From positions 23,008-87,007 of the forward strand of contig JALNYL010000001.1 of assembly GCA_023229865.1 (NCBI GenBank): a stretch of DNA of 64,000 nt, in the 5' to 3' direction. Below, piece after piece: positions 1-10,469 of the stretch. The first letter of the stretch is position 1. The number at the start of each line of letters is the position of its first letter. This DNA comes from Minisyncoccota bacterium (lineage in GTDB: Bacteria; Patescibacteriota; Minisyncoccia; Phycocordibacterales; UBA1550). Below the pieces are notes generated by a model that saw only the letters and a list, made by a program, of their open reading frames with translations, did not search any database and had not been told where the DNA came from. The position numbers and the translations under genes are program-made.

Positions 1-376
1 CGGCTCACGCTCAACAATCGTCACTGCAATCGTATGCTCACCCGCACGCGCCACGGAAACGCTCTTCATGCGCGGAAATGTTTCGAGGAGCATCCCTTCT
101 GTTTCTCTTTTTGGATAGAGGTAACTGTTGTTGCGTGCGTACACAAAAAAATAATTCCCTTCAAGTTTTTGTCGCACAAGCGAGCGTACGAGATCGGCCG
201 TACCCGCATCGGTCCCGGTAACATTTATCTGATTGATCTGCCACTTTTTATTATGAGAGACTCCACCACCTGCAACAAAAAAGAGAAACGAAAGAACGCC
301 GAGAATAATCGCGACTCGGAGCCATGCCCCAAAATCCTCTCGAACGCGGCTGATTGTATGAGAGAGTCGTTCCATC
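1..376 (-). CDS. ftsQ: Cell division protein FtsQ/DivIB-like, N-terminal part (runs off left edge)
   Basis: ATG at 376 on minus strand, open to window edge. Translation MERLSHTISRVREDFGAWLRVAIILGVLSFLFFVAGG...WQINQINVTGTDAGTADLVRSLVRQKLEGNYFFV: TM helix then POTRA-like segment. Not in ORF track because it is truncated at the edge. Confidence 0.45.
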
Positions 377-400
377 TAATAGTTTTGCAAACAAAAAGTG

Positions 401-1666
401 CTACCCGATTCTTTCTTTTCCTCCCATGTAAGGACGGAGGACTTCAGGGATGATGATGCTGCCGTCTGCCTGCTGGAAGTTTTCAACAAGAGGAACGAGG
501 ATACGCGGAGACGCGATGGCAGTGTTGTTGAGAGAGTGCGCAAAACGCATCTTTCCTTCAGCATCCTTATAACGAATATTCAAACGACGTGTCTGGAAGT
601 CATGGAAATACGAAGCTGAGTGTGTCTCGCGGTAGGTGTTTTGTGAAGGAACCCATGCCTCGATGTCATACTTCTTGACCTGCCCAAGTCCGAGGTCGCC
701 ACCGCAGTTCAACACTACGTGGTATGGAATACCAAGCTTCTGCATGAGCTTCTCAGAGTTATTGGTGAGGTACTCATGGAACTTCACACTTTCTTCGTGG
801 CTTGCCTCACAGAGAATCACCTGCTCCCATTTAAAGAACTCGTGCACGCGGATGAGACCCTTGGTATCCTTGCTGTGACTTCCCGCCTCGCGACGAAATG
901 CTGATGAGAATGAAATGTATTTTTTAGGAAGTTCTGATGCATTCAAAATTTCATCCATGTGATAGCCCATCGTTGCGACCTCTGCTGTCCCGGCAAGGAA
1001 ATCGCCGTCTTGTGTCTTATAGAGATCTTCTTCTCCTTGTGGGAGGAATCCGGTCCCCGTGAGTGGTGCGCGGCGGACGAGTGATGGGACGATCATTGGC
1101 TCAAAACCTTCGGCAGTGAGCTCATTGAGAACAAACTGGGAAAGCGCGAACACGAGACGTGCGCCGTCGCCCTTCAAAACATAGCCACGAAAACCTGCGA
1201 CTTTTGTCCCGCGCTCGAAGTCTGCCATCCCATGCTTTTCAAAAAGCTCGATGTGATCCTTGGGGGTAAAATCAAATGTTGGAATCGTGCCCCATGTGCG
1301 TACCTCGACATTGTCCGAGTCCTCTTTGCCCTCAGGCACTGACATGTCAGGAATATTTGGCACCTGGACCATGAGCCCATACCAAGTTTTCATTATCTCT
1401 GCGAGCTCTTCTTCTTTCTTTCCGAGAATTTCTTTTGCAGACTTTGATTCGTTGATGAGTTTTTCACGCTCTTCAGGGTTGGTAGCGCGAGGCACCGCTT
1501 GTGCGATTTCGTTCTGCTTGGTGCGCATTGCCTCTACTTCTGCGAGGAGGACACGACGAGTGTCGTCTGCCGCCAAAAGCTCGGCAACGTCAAAAGCAAC
1601 GTTTTTCTTTTCTGCCGCGCTTTTTACGAGCTCAGCGTTCTCTCGAATGAATTTAATGTCTAACAT
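401..1666 (-). CDS. serS: Seryl-tRNA synthetase
   Basis: MLDIKFIRENAELV... N-terminal coiled coil plus class II aaRS core motifs. Start refined to ATG at 1666 inside the longer ORF 401..1741. Confidence 0.9.
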   Translation of the reverse strand: MLDIKFIRENAELVKSAAEKKNVAFDVAELLAADDTRRVLLAEVEAMRTKQNEIAQAVPRATNPEEREKLINESKSAKEILGKKEEELAEIMKTWYGLMVQVPNIPDMSVPEGKEDSDNVEVRTWGTIPTFDFTPKDHIELFEKHGMADFERGTKVAGFRGYVLKGDGARLVFALSQFVLNELTAEGFEPMIVPSLVRRAPLTGTGFLPQGEEDLYKTQDGDFLAGTAEVATMGYHMDEILNASELPKKYISFSSAFRREAGSHSKDTKGLIRVHEFFKWEQVILCEASHEESVKFHEYLTNNSEKLMQKLGIPYHVVLNCGGDLGLGQVKKYDIEAWVPSQNTYRETHSASYFHDFQTRRLNIRYKDAEGKMRFAHSLNNTAIASPRILVPLVENFQQADGSIIIPEVLRPYMGGKERIG

Positions 1667-1726
1667 AGTACTGGAAGTATACCTCAGCAGCGACCAAAAA
1701 TAAAGTATGATAGAATATACAGAATT

Positions 1727-2602
1727 ATGAGTAGCGCACATTCATATACTATTAGTACACTCTCAAAGGATGAATTCCCTCCTGCGCTTCTTGAGATTCC
1801 ACAGCCTCCCAAGAATCTTTTTGTGGCCGGAGAACTTCCTGACCCTACTCAGTTTTATTACCTCGCCGTCGTTGGCTCACGCAAATACACCAACTACGGT
1901 CGTGAAGCTGTCGAGCGTATCATCGCAGGTCTCACTGGTTATCCTATTTGTATCGTCTCGGGGCTCGCCATGGGTATCGACGGTATCGCACATCGTGCAG
2001 CACTCGATGCAGGACTTCCGACGGTCGCAGTCCCTGGCTCAGGACTCGACCCGGCGGTCATCTATCCCCGCACGCATGTAAACCTCGCACGCGAGATAGT
2101 CGCAAACGGTGGCGCACTACTCTCTGAATACGAACCAGACTTCCGCGCGACTACGTGGAGCTTCCCACAGCGCAACAGAATAATGGCGGGCCTTTGCCAA
2201 GGAGTACTCGTTGTTGAGGCCGAAGAAAAGTCTGGCACACTCATTACTGCGCGCCTCGCCACCGAGTACAGTAGAAATGTATTCACGGTTCCTGGTCCCA
2301 TTTTCTCCGCAACGTCAAAAGGTACCAACAGTCTCTTGCGACAAGGCGCGGCCCCTATCACGTGTGCGAAGGATTTGCTTGAGGAGATTGGTTTCGTCGA
2401 GCAATCTTTCGGCACGCTCGATCTCACTATGTACACACCAGAGGAACAAGCGGTGCTCATACTATTAGATGAGCCACGCGAACGCGAAGAGATTATTGCA
2501 TCGATCGATGCGCCTTCCGCCGACACACTTTCAGTCTTAACCGTCCTCGAAATCAAGGGCGTGATTCAGGAGCGTTTGGGGAAAATTGAGCGCGCAAAAT
2601 AG
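1727..2602 (+). CDS. dprA: DNA processing protein A (DprA/Smf)
   Basis: Rossmann-like DprA core: VVGSRKYTNYGREAV..IVSGLAMGIDGIAHRAAL..LVVEAEEKSGTLITARLA. C-terminal winged-helix-like tail. Confidence 0.85.
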   Translation: MSSAHSYTISTLSKDEFPPALLEIPQPPKNLFVAGELPDPTQFYYLAVVGSRKYTNYGREAVERIIAGLTGYPICIVSGLAMGIDGIAHRAALDAGLPTVAVPGSGLDPAVIYPRTHVNLAREIVANGGALLSEYEPDFRATTWSFPQRNRIMAGLCQGVLVVEAEEKSGTLITARLATEYSRNVFTVPGPIFSATSKGTNSLLRQGAAPITCAKDLLEEIGFVEQSFGTLDLTMYTPEEQAVLILLDEPREREEIIASIDAPSADTLSVLTVLEIKGVIQERLGKIERAK

Positions 2603-2701
2603 GCATACTAAAACTTGACAAAGCACAGTATAAGTGCTATCCTGTAACGGAATCGCAGTAACTTACTGTGAATGTCATTGAACCTTCATAAGGAGCAGAA
2701 A

Positions 2702-2893
2702 ATGAACCGTTTCGGAAAGTTTCTTTTGTCCCTCGTTCTCGTCATTGCCTTGATTCTGGTGGCTGTTACATACGCCCCCAGCACAAAAGCAATGGTGCTG
2801 ATAATCATCGCAGGAACTATCCTTCTGGCCTCTGCGGCCGCATGGATGGACGTCGCAATGGCACTCAAGAAAGAACGAGACCGGCCATACTGA
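2702..2893 (+). CDS. Small membrane protein (hypothetical)
   Basis: RBS AAGGAG 7 nt upstream of ATG 2702. Two predicted TM helices (FLLSLVLVIALILVAV.., IIIAGTILLASAAAW). Confidence 0.45.
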   Translation: MNRFGKFLLSLVLVIALILVAVTYAPSTKAMVLIIIAGTILLASAAAWMDVAMALKKERDRPY

Positions 2894-3001
2894 CCAACAT
2901 CAGTTACCCAACAAACCCCTTTGTAAGACGAAAGTCTACAGAGGGGTTTTTCTTTATCCCCATTTGCAAAAATAATCACTCTATAGTACTAATTAGTTTC
3001 A

Positions 3002-5209
3002 ATGGCAACCAAATCATACAAACTCCTCATTGTCGAGTCACCGTCAAAAGCGAAGACTATTGGGAAATATTTGGGCGATGAATACGTCGTGAAGGCATCT
3101 GTTGGACACATCCGCGACCTTCCTAAGAGCAACAAACAAGCTATCGATATTCCCGGTGGCTTTATTCCATTTTACGAAATCTCAAAAGGTAAGGCTGATG
3201 TCGTGCATGAGATTGACTCGCTCGCAAAGAAAGCAAGTGAGGTGCTTCTTGCAACCGACCCCGACCGTGAAGGAGAAGCTATCGCATGGCACATCAAAGA
3301 AGCCTGTAAGCTCAAAAACCCGAAGCGTGTTACGTATCACGAAATCACCAAGAGCGCTATCGAAGAAGCCATCGCGCATCCACGTGATATTGATGCCAAC
3401 CTCGTGAAAGCACAGGAGGCTCGTCGCGTACTCGACAGACTCGTAGGATACGATCTCTCGGGACTCATTTGGAAAAAAGTTCGCTATGGACTTTCGGCTG
3501 GTCGTGTACAGTCCCCTGCTCTCCGTATCATCATGGAGCGTGAGCGTGAGATCCGCGCATTTGTACCTGAGGCATACTGGTCACTTACGGCAAAGGTCAA
3601 AACAAAGGGTGGCGCAGAACTCGAGCTCGCCTGCACCGAGGAGCCTCGTGATGAGTCAATTGTAAAAAACATTTTGAAGATTGGTCGCGAGAATCAATGG
3701 GTTGTGCGCGAAGTAAAAGAAAGTGAAGTAGGCCGCTCACCAAAGGCGCCGTTCATCACGTCTACTCTCCAGCAAGCTGGTTCATCTCGCTTTGGCTTCG
3801 CACCATCACGTACGATGGGTATCGCTCAAAAGCTCTACGAAAAAGGTTTCATCACCTATATGCGTACGGACAGTACTACCCTTTCAAAGGATGCGACCGG
3901 AGCAATCCTCTCTGAAATATCAAAGCGCTACGGACCACAGTCTGTAGAGGCTCGCGTATACAAGACGAAGAGCAAGAATGCGCAGGAAGCGCACGAAGCT
4001 ATTCGTCCTACCGATATGAGTCAGGATAATCTCGGTATGAATCCCGAGGAGCAAAAGCTCTATCGTCTCATCTGGGCACGTACTATCGCATCACAAATGG
4101 TTGATGCTCGTCTCGCAAGAACGACGGTCCTCGCAAACGTCCGTGAGAATTTGATACCTAATTTTTCTGTGACCGGCTCACGTGTCATTACTCCTGGCTG
4201 GCTCGCAGCTGACCCTGACTCACGTGGTGAGGATGTTGAGCTCCCCAAAGTTACTGAGGGTGAATCGCTCATTCTCCTCTCACTTGATGACGAGGCGAAG
4301 TTTACCGAGCCACCTGCTCGCTACTCAGAAGCAGGGCTCATTAAGGAGCTTGAGAAGCGCGACATCGGTCGTCCATCTACCTACGCATCCATCATTAAAA
4401 CTATCCAAGACCGTGGCTATGTGACCAAAGACGGCAAAGCTCTCAAACCTACCGACACGGGCGACGTGGTGAGCTCGTTCCTCGAAGAACATTTTGCAAA
4501 TTATATTTCTGACACCTTCACCGCAGAGATGGAAAACAAGCTCGACGATATCGCAAACGGCGACCGCGAGTACGTGAAAGTGCTCAAAGAATTTTACGGA
4601 CCATTCACCAAAGATCTCAAGGCAAAAGATAAGCTCGACAAGCAGACGACTCTTGGCGACGCAGACCCACAGCACAAGTGTCCAAAGTGTAACAGCTCGA
4701 TGGTTATCAAACTTTCAAAGAACGGGAAATTCCTTTCGTGCAAAAACTATCCTGATTGTGACGGCGCACGAATGATTGACGGCACCGAGCTTGCAGGCCC
4801 GCGCGACACAGGAGAGCTTTGCCCTAAGTGTGGCAAATCAAATCTCTTCGAACGTGACGGACGATTCGGAAGATTCATCGCCTGTGGAGCTTACCCAAAG
4901 TGTAAGTTTATTAAAAAAGACGAGACCGCAGCGCTCCTCAATCACACAGGTGTCCCCTGCCCTATGTGCAAAAAAGGATTTATGACTGAGCGCAAAGGCC
5001 GCTTCGGCGTCTTTTATAGTTGCACGAGCTACCCCGACTGCAAGAATGCAATCAAGGCAAGACCAACTGGCAACTACTGCAAGTATCCAAAACTCGAAGG
5101 CGGCGAGTGTGGCGCACTCATGATGGATGGCACGAAAACTATCCCCGAAAGATGTAGTAATAAACTTTGTCCAAATCATAATCCGCATAAACTAGAGAAG
5201 GCAAAGTAA
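3002..5209 (+). CDS. topA: DNA topoisomerase I with C-terminal zinc-ribbon repeats
   Basis: MATKSYKLLIVESPSKAKTIGKYLG Toprim start, catalytic Tyr region, four C-terminal CxxC...CxxC zinc ribbons. Confidence 0.95.
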   Translation: MATKSYKLLIVESPSKAKTIGKYLGDEYVVKASVGHIRDLPKSNKQAIDIPGGFIPFYEISKGKADVVHEIDSLAKKASEVLLATDPDREGEAIAWHIKEACKLKNPKRVTYHEITKSAIEEAIAHPRDIDANLVKAQEARRVLDRLVGYDLSGLIWKKVRYGLSAGRVQSPALRIIMEREREIRAFVPEAYWSLTAKVKTKGGAELELACTEEPRDESIVKNILKIGRENQWVVREVKESEVGRSPKAPFITSTLQQAGSSRFGFAPSRTMGIAQKLYEKGFITYMRTDSTTLSKDATGAILSEISKRYGPQSVEARVYKTKSKNAQEAHEAIRPTDMSQDNLGMNPEEQKLYRLIWARTIASQMVDARLARTTVLANVRENLIPNFSVTGSRVITPGWLAADPDSRGEDVELPKVTEGESLILLSLDDEAKFTEPPARYSEAGLIKELEKRDIGRPSTYASIIKTIQDRGYVTKDGKALKPTDTGDVVSSFLEEHFANYISDTFTAEMENKLDDIANGDREYVKVLKEFYGPFTKDLKAKDKLDKQTTLGDADPQHKCPKCNSSMVIKLSKNGKFLSCKNYPDCDGARMIDGTELAGPRDTGELCPKCGKSNLFERDGRFGRFIACGAYPKCKFIKKDETAALLNHTGVPCPMCKKGFMTERKGRFGVFYSCTSYPDCKNAIKARPTGNYCKYPKLEGGECGALMMDGTKTIPERCSNKLCPNHNPHKLEKAK

Positions 5210-5220
5210 GTAGCCCGAAT

Positions 5221-5248
5221 AAAAAAAGCCGCACATGTGCGGCTTTTT
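5221..5248. terminator. Bidirectional rho-independent terminator between topA and convergent small gene
   Basis: aaaaaaagccgcacatgtgcggcttttt: GC stem flanked by A-run and T-run. Confidence 0.6.
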
Positions 5249-5267
5249 GTTTGGCAGGCTTCTCTGC

Positions 5268-5516
5268 CTACTCATCCTTGTTGTTGACACGAGTGACTTC
5301 GACACGCGCAACATCCACGATCTCCTCACCGCAAGAGTTGCAGTACCGGGTCCGCACATATTCATGCGGGCCCTGATTACTGATTTCGAAGCGCGGATCC
5401 ACCTCGGATTTCCAGCTACCGCATTTCTTGCAGCGGAAGTTCGCAAGCAGATAGCGGACGCCGGCGGCCAAACCCAGGAGTACGACGAGAACATAGAAAT
5501 AACCATCGTAATTCAT
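5268..5516 (-). CDS. Membrane-anchored zinc-ribbon protein (hypothetical)
   Basis: RBS GAGGAG upstream of ATG 5516. N-terminal TM. CKKCG...CNSCG four-Cys ribbon. Confidence 0.55.
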   Translation of the reverse strand: MNYDGYFYVLVVLLGLAAGVRYLLANFRCKKCGSWKSEVDPRFEISNQGPHEYVRTRYCNSCGEEIVDVARVEVTRVNNKDE

Positions 5517-5659
5517 AACTAATCTCCTCTAAAAGGTTCAAAATTACTGCTAAATCGATTAAACCATAAATATTTAAAAATGTAAAATAGTAAGTTTGAC
5601 GAATCGACTCAAAAAGGATAGTCTTCCCTCAGACACATTTCTTTTTTGAGGAGGCAACT

Positions 5660-5944
5660 ATGTTCGAAATGGCCGTTGTAATTGTTTTGGTTTGTGTCGT
5701 TTCTTTTTTCGTCGCGATTGGTATTGTAATGCTGCATAAAATCTGGACACCCGACCCAGTAGCATCAGCACGTTATCAACAACTTAAGGAGCTTGCCCGT
5801 AAGGCAAACAAAGGTGACACTGAAGCAATCAAAGACTGCCAAAGCAATACAGATATCAAAGTCGGCAAGTTCTGGCGCCCATGGGGGTACCAAAAACATT
5901 ATTCCGTGCACCCCACTGCTCTTTATGCATGTTTCCAAATTTGA
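5660..5944 (+). CDS. Small membrane protein (hypothetical)
   Basis: RBS GAGGAGG upstream. N-terminal TM (VVIVLVCVVSFFVAIGIVML). Confidence 0.5.
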   Translation: MFEMAVVIVLVCVVSFFVAIGIVMLHKIWTPDPVASARYQQLKELARKANKGDTEAIKDCQSNTDIKVGKFWRPWGYQKHYSVHPTALYACFQI

Positions 5945-5950
5945 TTAACT

Positions 5951-5990
5951 CGCTCCATTTGCGCCCCGCGCAAATGGAGCGTTTGCTTTT
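5951..5990 (+). terminator. Rho-independent terminator
   Basis: cgctccatttgcgc-cccg-cgcaaatggagcg followed by tttgctttt. Confidence 0.6.
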
Positions 5991-6011
5991 CAAGCGCTCT
6001 TCCCATAATAT

Positions 6012-7505
6012 GTGAATATGACTCACCCTTCATATCCAACCGTAGAAGAAATCATCAAGCTCATGAAGGAGCCAAGCAAGGCTGACCGCGAGCTTGTTCA
6101 AAAGGCTTACGCGTTTGCAGAAAAAGCTCACGAAGGACAGAAGCGCTACTCGGGTGAACCCTATTTCAATCACGTCGCACACGTAGGTGCAAATCTCGCA
6201 GGTATTCATGTTGATGCGGCGACTGTTGCTGCTGGTATCCTCCACGACACGATAGAAGACGCAGGTGTGACTGCGGAAACAATGGAGAAAGAATTTGGTA
6301 AGGAAGTCCTCACGCTCGTCGAGGGTGTGACCAAGCTCGGCAAGCTCCGCTATCACGGCGTAGAGCGACACGTAGAAAGTTTGCGTAAGTTTTTCATCGC
6401 AATGTCACACGACATCCGCGTACTCTTGATCAAGCTCGCTGACCGCCTCCATAATATCCAAACACTCGAACACGTCCCCGAGGCAAAGCGCGCGCGCATC
6501 GCACTTGAAACACTCGAGATCCACGCGCGCCTCGCTGATCGTTTCGGTATGGGAAAATGGAAAGCCGTCTTCGAAGACGCTGCGTTCCCTTACGCATACC
6601 CAAAGGAACACACGCAGGTACTTTCTATCATCAAGCACAAGCGCATCACTGATGAAAAATATGCGGAAAAGATTCACCGCTCAATCCAAAAAGAGCTTGC
6701 AGAAAACGGCCTCAAGCATGCCCGCGTGGACTTCCGTGTAAAAAATCTTTTCAGTCTCTGGAAGAAACTCGCGCGCAAAGACATGGACCCCGACAAAGTG
6801 TACGACATCCTCGCGGTGCGTGTTATCGTCGAGACTGTTGAAGATTGCTATCGAGCACTGGGCGTGATCCACAAACACTGGAGACCCGTCTCAGGACGTA
6901 TCAAGGACTACATCGCAATCCCAAAAAACAACGGTTACCGCTCCCTCCACACTACGATTTTCCGTGGCGATGGCGGTATTATCGAAGTACAGATTCGTAC
7001 CAAAGAAATGCACGAAGAGGCACAGTACGGTATCGCTTCACACCTCGCCTACAAAGAAAAAGGTGGCAGTATCCCTCTCGAGACCGACAAAAAGCTTGCG
7101 TGGGTTAAAGAGCTCGCAAAATGGCAAAAAGAAGTTGCGGGGTCTGAGGAATTTATGGAGAACCTCAAGATGGACTTCTTTAAGAATCGCGTGTTCGTCT
7201 ACACACCAAAAGGCGACGTTATCGACCTTCCTGAAGAATCAAGTGCAATCGACTTTGCGTATGCCATCCACTCAAACATCGGCAATCACCTCTCGGGCGC
7301 AAAGGTAAATGGCAAACTTGTGTCGATTGAAACCAAGCTCAAGAGCGGCGACATTGTAGAAATCGAAACAAAAGAAAGTGCGTGCCCAAAGCGTAAGTGG
7401 CTCGAACACGCGAAGACCACGCTCGCTAAGAGACACATCCGCACCTACCTCGAAAAAACGAGTTCGATCGGGACCCTCGCACAAAAGTTTTTCGGAGGGA
7501 ATTAA
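6012..7505 (+). CDS. rel: Short bifunctional (p)ppGpp synthetase/hydrolase (HD + RelA/SpoT synthetase + TGS, no ACT domain)
   Basis: HD motif FNHVAHV..ILHDTIED. Synthetase region DILAVRVIVETVEDCY..YRSLHTTIF. TGS VFVYTPKGDVIDLP. Confidence 0.9.
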   Translation: MNMTHPSYPTVEEIIKLMKEPSKADRELVQKAYAFAEKAHEGQKRYSGEPYFNHVAHVGANLAGIHVDAATVAAGILHDTIEDAGVTAETMEKEFGKEVLTLVEGVTKLGKLRYHGVERHVESLRKFFIAMSHDIRVLLIKLADRLHNIQTLEHVPEAKRARIALETLEIHARLADRFGMGKWKAVFEDAAFPYAYPKEHTQVLSIIKHKRITDEKYAEKIHRSIQKELAENGLKHARVDFRVKNLFSLWKKLARKDMDPDKVYDILAVRVIVETVEDCYRALGVIHKHWRPVSGRIKDYIAIPKNNGYRSLHTTIFRGDGGIIEVQIRTKEMHEEAQYGIASHLAYKEKGGSIPLETDKKLAWVKELAKWQKEVAGSEEFMENLKMDFFKNRVFVYTPKGDVIDLPEESSAIDFAYAIHSNIGNHLSGAKVNGKLVSIETKLKSGDIVEIETKESACPKRKWLEHAKTTLAKRHIRTYLEKTSSIGTLAQKFFGGN

Positions 7506-7518
7506 ACACATAACAAAA

Positions 7519-7550
7519 AGGGCGCATCGCGAAGCGACGCGCCCTTTTGG
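7519..7550. terminator. Terminator hairpin shared by rel (+) and parB (-)
   Basis: aaaaagggcgcatcgcgaagcgacgcgcccttttgg. Confidence 0.55.
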
Positions 7551-7559
7551 GTTACCCTA

Positions 7560-8567
7560 CTAAATCGAGAAATTCTTTACGTTGTAAATATCCTCATCAG
7601 GATCCTGCTCCATCGCCTTCTCCTCTCCTGCCTCTGCGAGTTCTCCTGGTTGCGCCTCTCGCGCTGCCTCAGCAACCGTCTCCCCAAGTGGTGGCACCGC
7701 AACAGCGGACGCTGTGGTCTGCATTTCTGCATGCAAACGCTTCATGAAGTTGCGCACGTCATCATTTGAGAAAAAGTCGATAACAATCTTTCCACCGACT
7801 TCACGCTTTTCAATCTGCACACGTGTACCAAGGCGCTCAGTGAGCTCAGCCTCAAACTCAAGAATTTCAGGGTCGAAACCACGATCGGGCTTGCGTACCT
7901 TTTCAACTGCAATACGTCGTGCGATGCGCTCTGCTTCGCGAACATTGAGCTTCTTGAAAATGATTTCCTTAAAAAGTGTGCTTTGCTCCTCTGCGCGACC
8001 CGAAAGCATGAGGAGGGGGCGTGTGTGACCCTCGGTGATTTTGCGTTCAGCGAGCGCTGTCTGCATTTCCTCAGGAAGGGCGAGGAGACGAAGTGTATTT
8101 GAAACATACTCACGGCTCTTGCCTACCTTTGCCGCGATCTGCACATGCTTGAAACCAAAATCATCTGCAAGACGCTGAAATGCCTTTGCGCGATCGATAG
8201 GGTTCAAGTCCTCACGCTGGAGGTTCTCAATGATTGCGAGCTCGAGCTTCATTCTATCTTCTTCCTCCTTTCCTTCTTCGCCAATGCGAATGAGTACAGG
8301 GACTTGAGAAAGCCCAGCAATCTTTGAAGCACGGAGGCGACGTTCTCCTGCGATGAGCTCGTACTCTACGGCGAGTCCACCTTCTGGCTTTTCAATCTCA
8401 CGACGTGTTACGACGAGTGGCTGAAGGATACCGTACTGCTTGATCGAGTCTGCGAGGTCACGAAGTTTGTATTCATCAAATTCCTTACGCGGTTGAAATG
8501 GGTTTGCTTTAATCTTTTCTGTTTCGATCCAGAAGATTGCGTTTTGGTACATTTGATGATTTGCCAT
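7560..8567 (-). CDS. parB: Chromosome partitioning protein ParB/Spo0J
   Basis: ParB box LIAGERRLRASKIAG, HTH region, C-terminal acidic tail. Start refined to ATG 8567 (MANHQMYQNAIFWIE). Confidence 0.85.
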   Translation of the reverse strand: MANHQMYQNAIFWIETEKIKANPFQPRKEFDEYKLRDLADSIKQYGILQPLVVTRREIEKPEGGLAVEYELIAGERRLRASKIAGLSQVPVLIRIGEEGKEEEDRMKLELAIIENLQREDLNPIDRAKAFQRLADDFGFKHVQIAAKVGKSREYVSNTLRLLALPEEMQTALAERKITEGHTRPLLMLSGRAEEQSTLFKEIIFKKLNVREAERIARRIAVEKVRKPDRGFDPEILEFEAELTERLGTRVQIEKREVGGKIVIDFFSNDDVRNFMKRLHAEMQTTASAVAVPPLGETVAEAAREAQPGELAEAGEEKAMEQDPDEDIYNVKNFSI

Positions 8568-8674
8568 GAGTGTAAAAGTTAAATTCGTATGGGCACATCT
8601 TATCACAAGTTGCGCGTACTGCAAAAATGCTGTCTCTTGATAAAAAACTGTGATACCATTGGGTTACAACCAAC

Positions 8675-8896
8675 ATGTCACTAGAAAAATTTAAACCAGT
8701 TTATGATATGACGCCACAAGAGATTGAGGAACAAAAACGTGATGCAATCTTAAAACAAGAAGAAATTTTAAAGAAGGTTGCCGACAGGCAGTCGGGCGAC
8801 AAAACCCAAAACGATAATTTCGTAATTACTCCGCTCATGCGCAAAGAAGCGGAGGTTCGCGAAGAGCTCCTTAGGAAAACGCTTCCTGAGGATTAG
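8675..8896 (+). CDS. Hypothetical small charged protein
   Basis: ORF only. No convincing RBS. Confidence 0.3.
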   Translation: MSLEKFKPVYDMTPQEIEEQKRDAILKQEEILKKVADRQSGDKTQNDNFVITPLMRKEAEVREELLRKTLPED

Positions 8897-8982
8897 TATT
8901 CCTCAAACACCACATACTATTGCTTTTTGCATCAAAATGTGCTATAGTATTTGCAGTTGATCATTACAGAAGGAGGTATATC

Positions 8983-9342
8983 GTGCATGATATTTTCAAG
9001 CTTGCAACATTAACCGCAAGCAGGGCCCGCTCAGCTGGTGTGCGCCCAAATCAAATTGTGCGCACGGTGTGTACAGAAAATGATGTTCTTGAGAGTGAAC
9101 TCGACGAGGTTAAAAAACTTGTACTTTCCGAATGCGGGAGAAGGAGTGGCCAAGTTCGCAGAAAGAAAGCCGTGCAAAGACAAATGAGTCTTTTGAACGA
9201 GCCTGCAACAGACAATACTATCGAGAAAGCCCCCGCGCAACAGTTGGAACTTTTCCTCGGTCGCCCGTATGAGCAAATTCGTCAAGACGCAGAGAACCAC
9301 GAAGCATCCCTGTGCTCTGGCCTCCCCGAAGAAGATCGCTGA
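8983..9342 (+). CDS. Hypothetical protein
   Basis: GTG start 6 nt after AGGAGG (8971-8976). ORF track gives longer 8920 ATG without RBS. Confidence 0.4.
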   Translation: MHDIFKLATLTASRARSAGVRPNQIVRTVCTENDVLESELDEVKKLVLSECGRRSGQVRRKKAVQRQMSLLNEPATDNTIEKAPAQQLELFLGRPYEQIRQDAENHEASLCSGLPEEDR

Positions 9343-9348
9343 TGATCC

Positions 9349-9386
9349 ACTCCCCTCACCGACTCGGTGCGGGGAGTTTTATTTTG
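9349..9386 (+). terminator. Rho-independent terminator
   Basis: actcccc tcaccga c tcggtg c ggggagt tttatttt. Confidence 0.6.
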
Positions 9387-9479
9387 CACCCCCGGACATC
9401 TAGTGTTACTATGAAGCCATAGACAAAAGCGTAAGAAAAATAAATTCCTACGTCATAAAATAGTACGCCACAAAATCAA

Positions 9480-9722
9480 ATGACAACAATGACAACATTT
9501 TTAGGGTTCGGACTCGTATGGTGGACGGGGATCATTGGAGGATTTATTTTCCTCCTTCTCGTCGGCACTGCGTGGATCAAACAATACAACTACAATCTTT
9601 TTATGAAGTTCCAGGTCCCTTTCACCCCATTCCACCACTGGTTTGGTTGGCTCGCATTTGGAATGCTTCTTGTTCATTTTATCCTCGCGCTCTTCAGCTC
9701 TGTCTTTTATGTCTATTTCTAA
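9480..9722 (+). CDS. Two-TM membrane protein with conserved His in helices (possible heme/ferric-reductase-like stub)
   Basis: Two hydrophobic helices. FTPFHHWFGWLAFGMLLVHF. Its 3' end overlaps the open frame of the downstream FNR-like gene. Confidence 0.45.
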   Translation: MTTMTTFLGFGLVWWTGIIGGFIFLLLVGTAWIKQYNYNLFMKFQVPFTPFHHWFGWLAFGMLLVHFILALFSSVFYVYF

Positions 9723-10431
9723 AACAATAAAACACTGGTTCGCAGAAGCGCCACATTTCGAAGGGACGATTGTTGATACTGAGCGTATTGGGTCTCGTAT
9801 TCAAAAAGTAACCATCGCACTCCCTGAGCCAGTCGAAACACCATTCCCTATTGGAAGCTACGTTCAACCGATGACATGGGGGTGTGTACCGCGCGCATAC
9901 TCAGTAGCGCTCGCCGATAAACAATCTTTCACCCTCCTCGTGAGCTTTTCGGGTGGCGGCTGTGGCTCACGTTTTTTCCGTGATGCACAAGATGGCGACA
10001 AGGTGGTTTGCTATGGACCTTATGATGACTTCCCTTATCGTTACCGCACAGGCCGTTCAAAAGTATTTTTTGCAACATCGACAGGAGTCGCGCCCTTTCG
10101 CCGCATGATAGATGAGGCAATAGGAGAAGGTGTCGACGTGGCGCTCTATCTCGGCTCACCAAAGGAGGGGGACGTCGCTTTTAAGGCAGAGCTTGAGGAG
10201 CTTTCGCGCAATAATCCTTCATTCACCTTTTGCCCAACACTTTCAAATCCCGACCCTGACTGGAAGGGCGCGCACGGGTACGTGACCGACCACATCACGC
10301 AAAACCCCGACCTTATGCGTAAGAGCGATGTTTACATTTGCGGGATCCCCCCGATGACCATGGGGGTACTCGCCGCCCTTGAGAAAGTCGGTGTCCCTGA
10401 AAAGCAGATCTTTGTGCAAAAGTTTGGATAA
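9709..10431 (+). CDS. FNR-family FAD/NAD(P)-binding oxidoreductase
   Basis: RAYSVA (RxYS FAD motif), GTGVAPF (NAD(P) motif), C-terminal ICGIPPM. Frame is open upstream to at least 9643. Confidence 0.75.
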   Translation: MSISKTIKHWFAEAPHFEGTIVDTERIGSRIQKVTIALPEPVETPFPIGSYVQPMTWGCVPRAYSVALADKQSFTLLVSFSGGGCGSRFFRDAQDGDKVVCYGPYDDFPYRYRTGRSKVFFATSTGVAPFRRMIDEAIGEGVDVALYLGSPKEGDVAFKAELEELSRNNPSFTFCPTLSNPDPDWKGAHGYVTDHITQNPDLMRKSDVYICGIPPMTMGVLAALEKVGVPEKQIFVQKFG

Positions 10432-10469
10432 ACGTTATAATTTATAAATATCAATTAATACATACTATT

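Noticed and set aside
34-453. 139-aa plus-strand ORF at window start
   Set aside because: Overlaps the minus-strand FtsQ-like gene, whose translation shows a coherent TM plus POTRA pattern. The plus-strand product is Cys/Arg-rich with no protein-like features.
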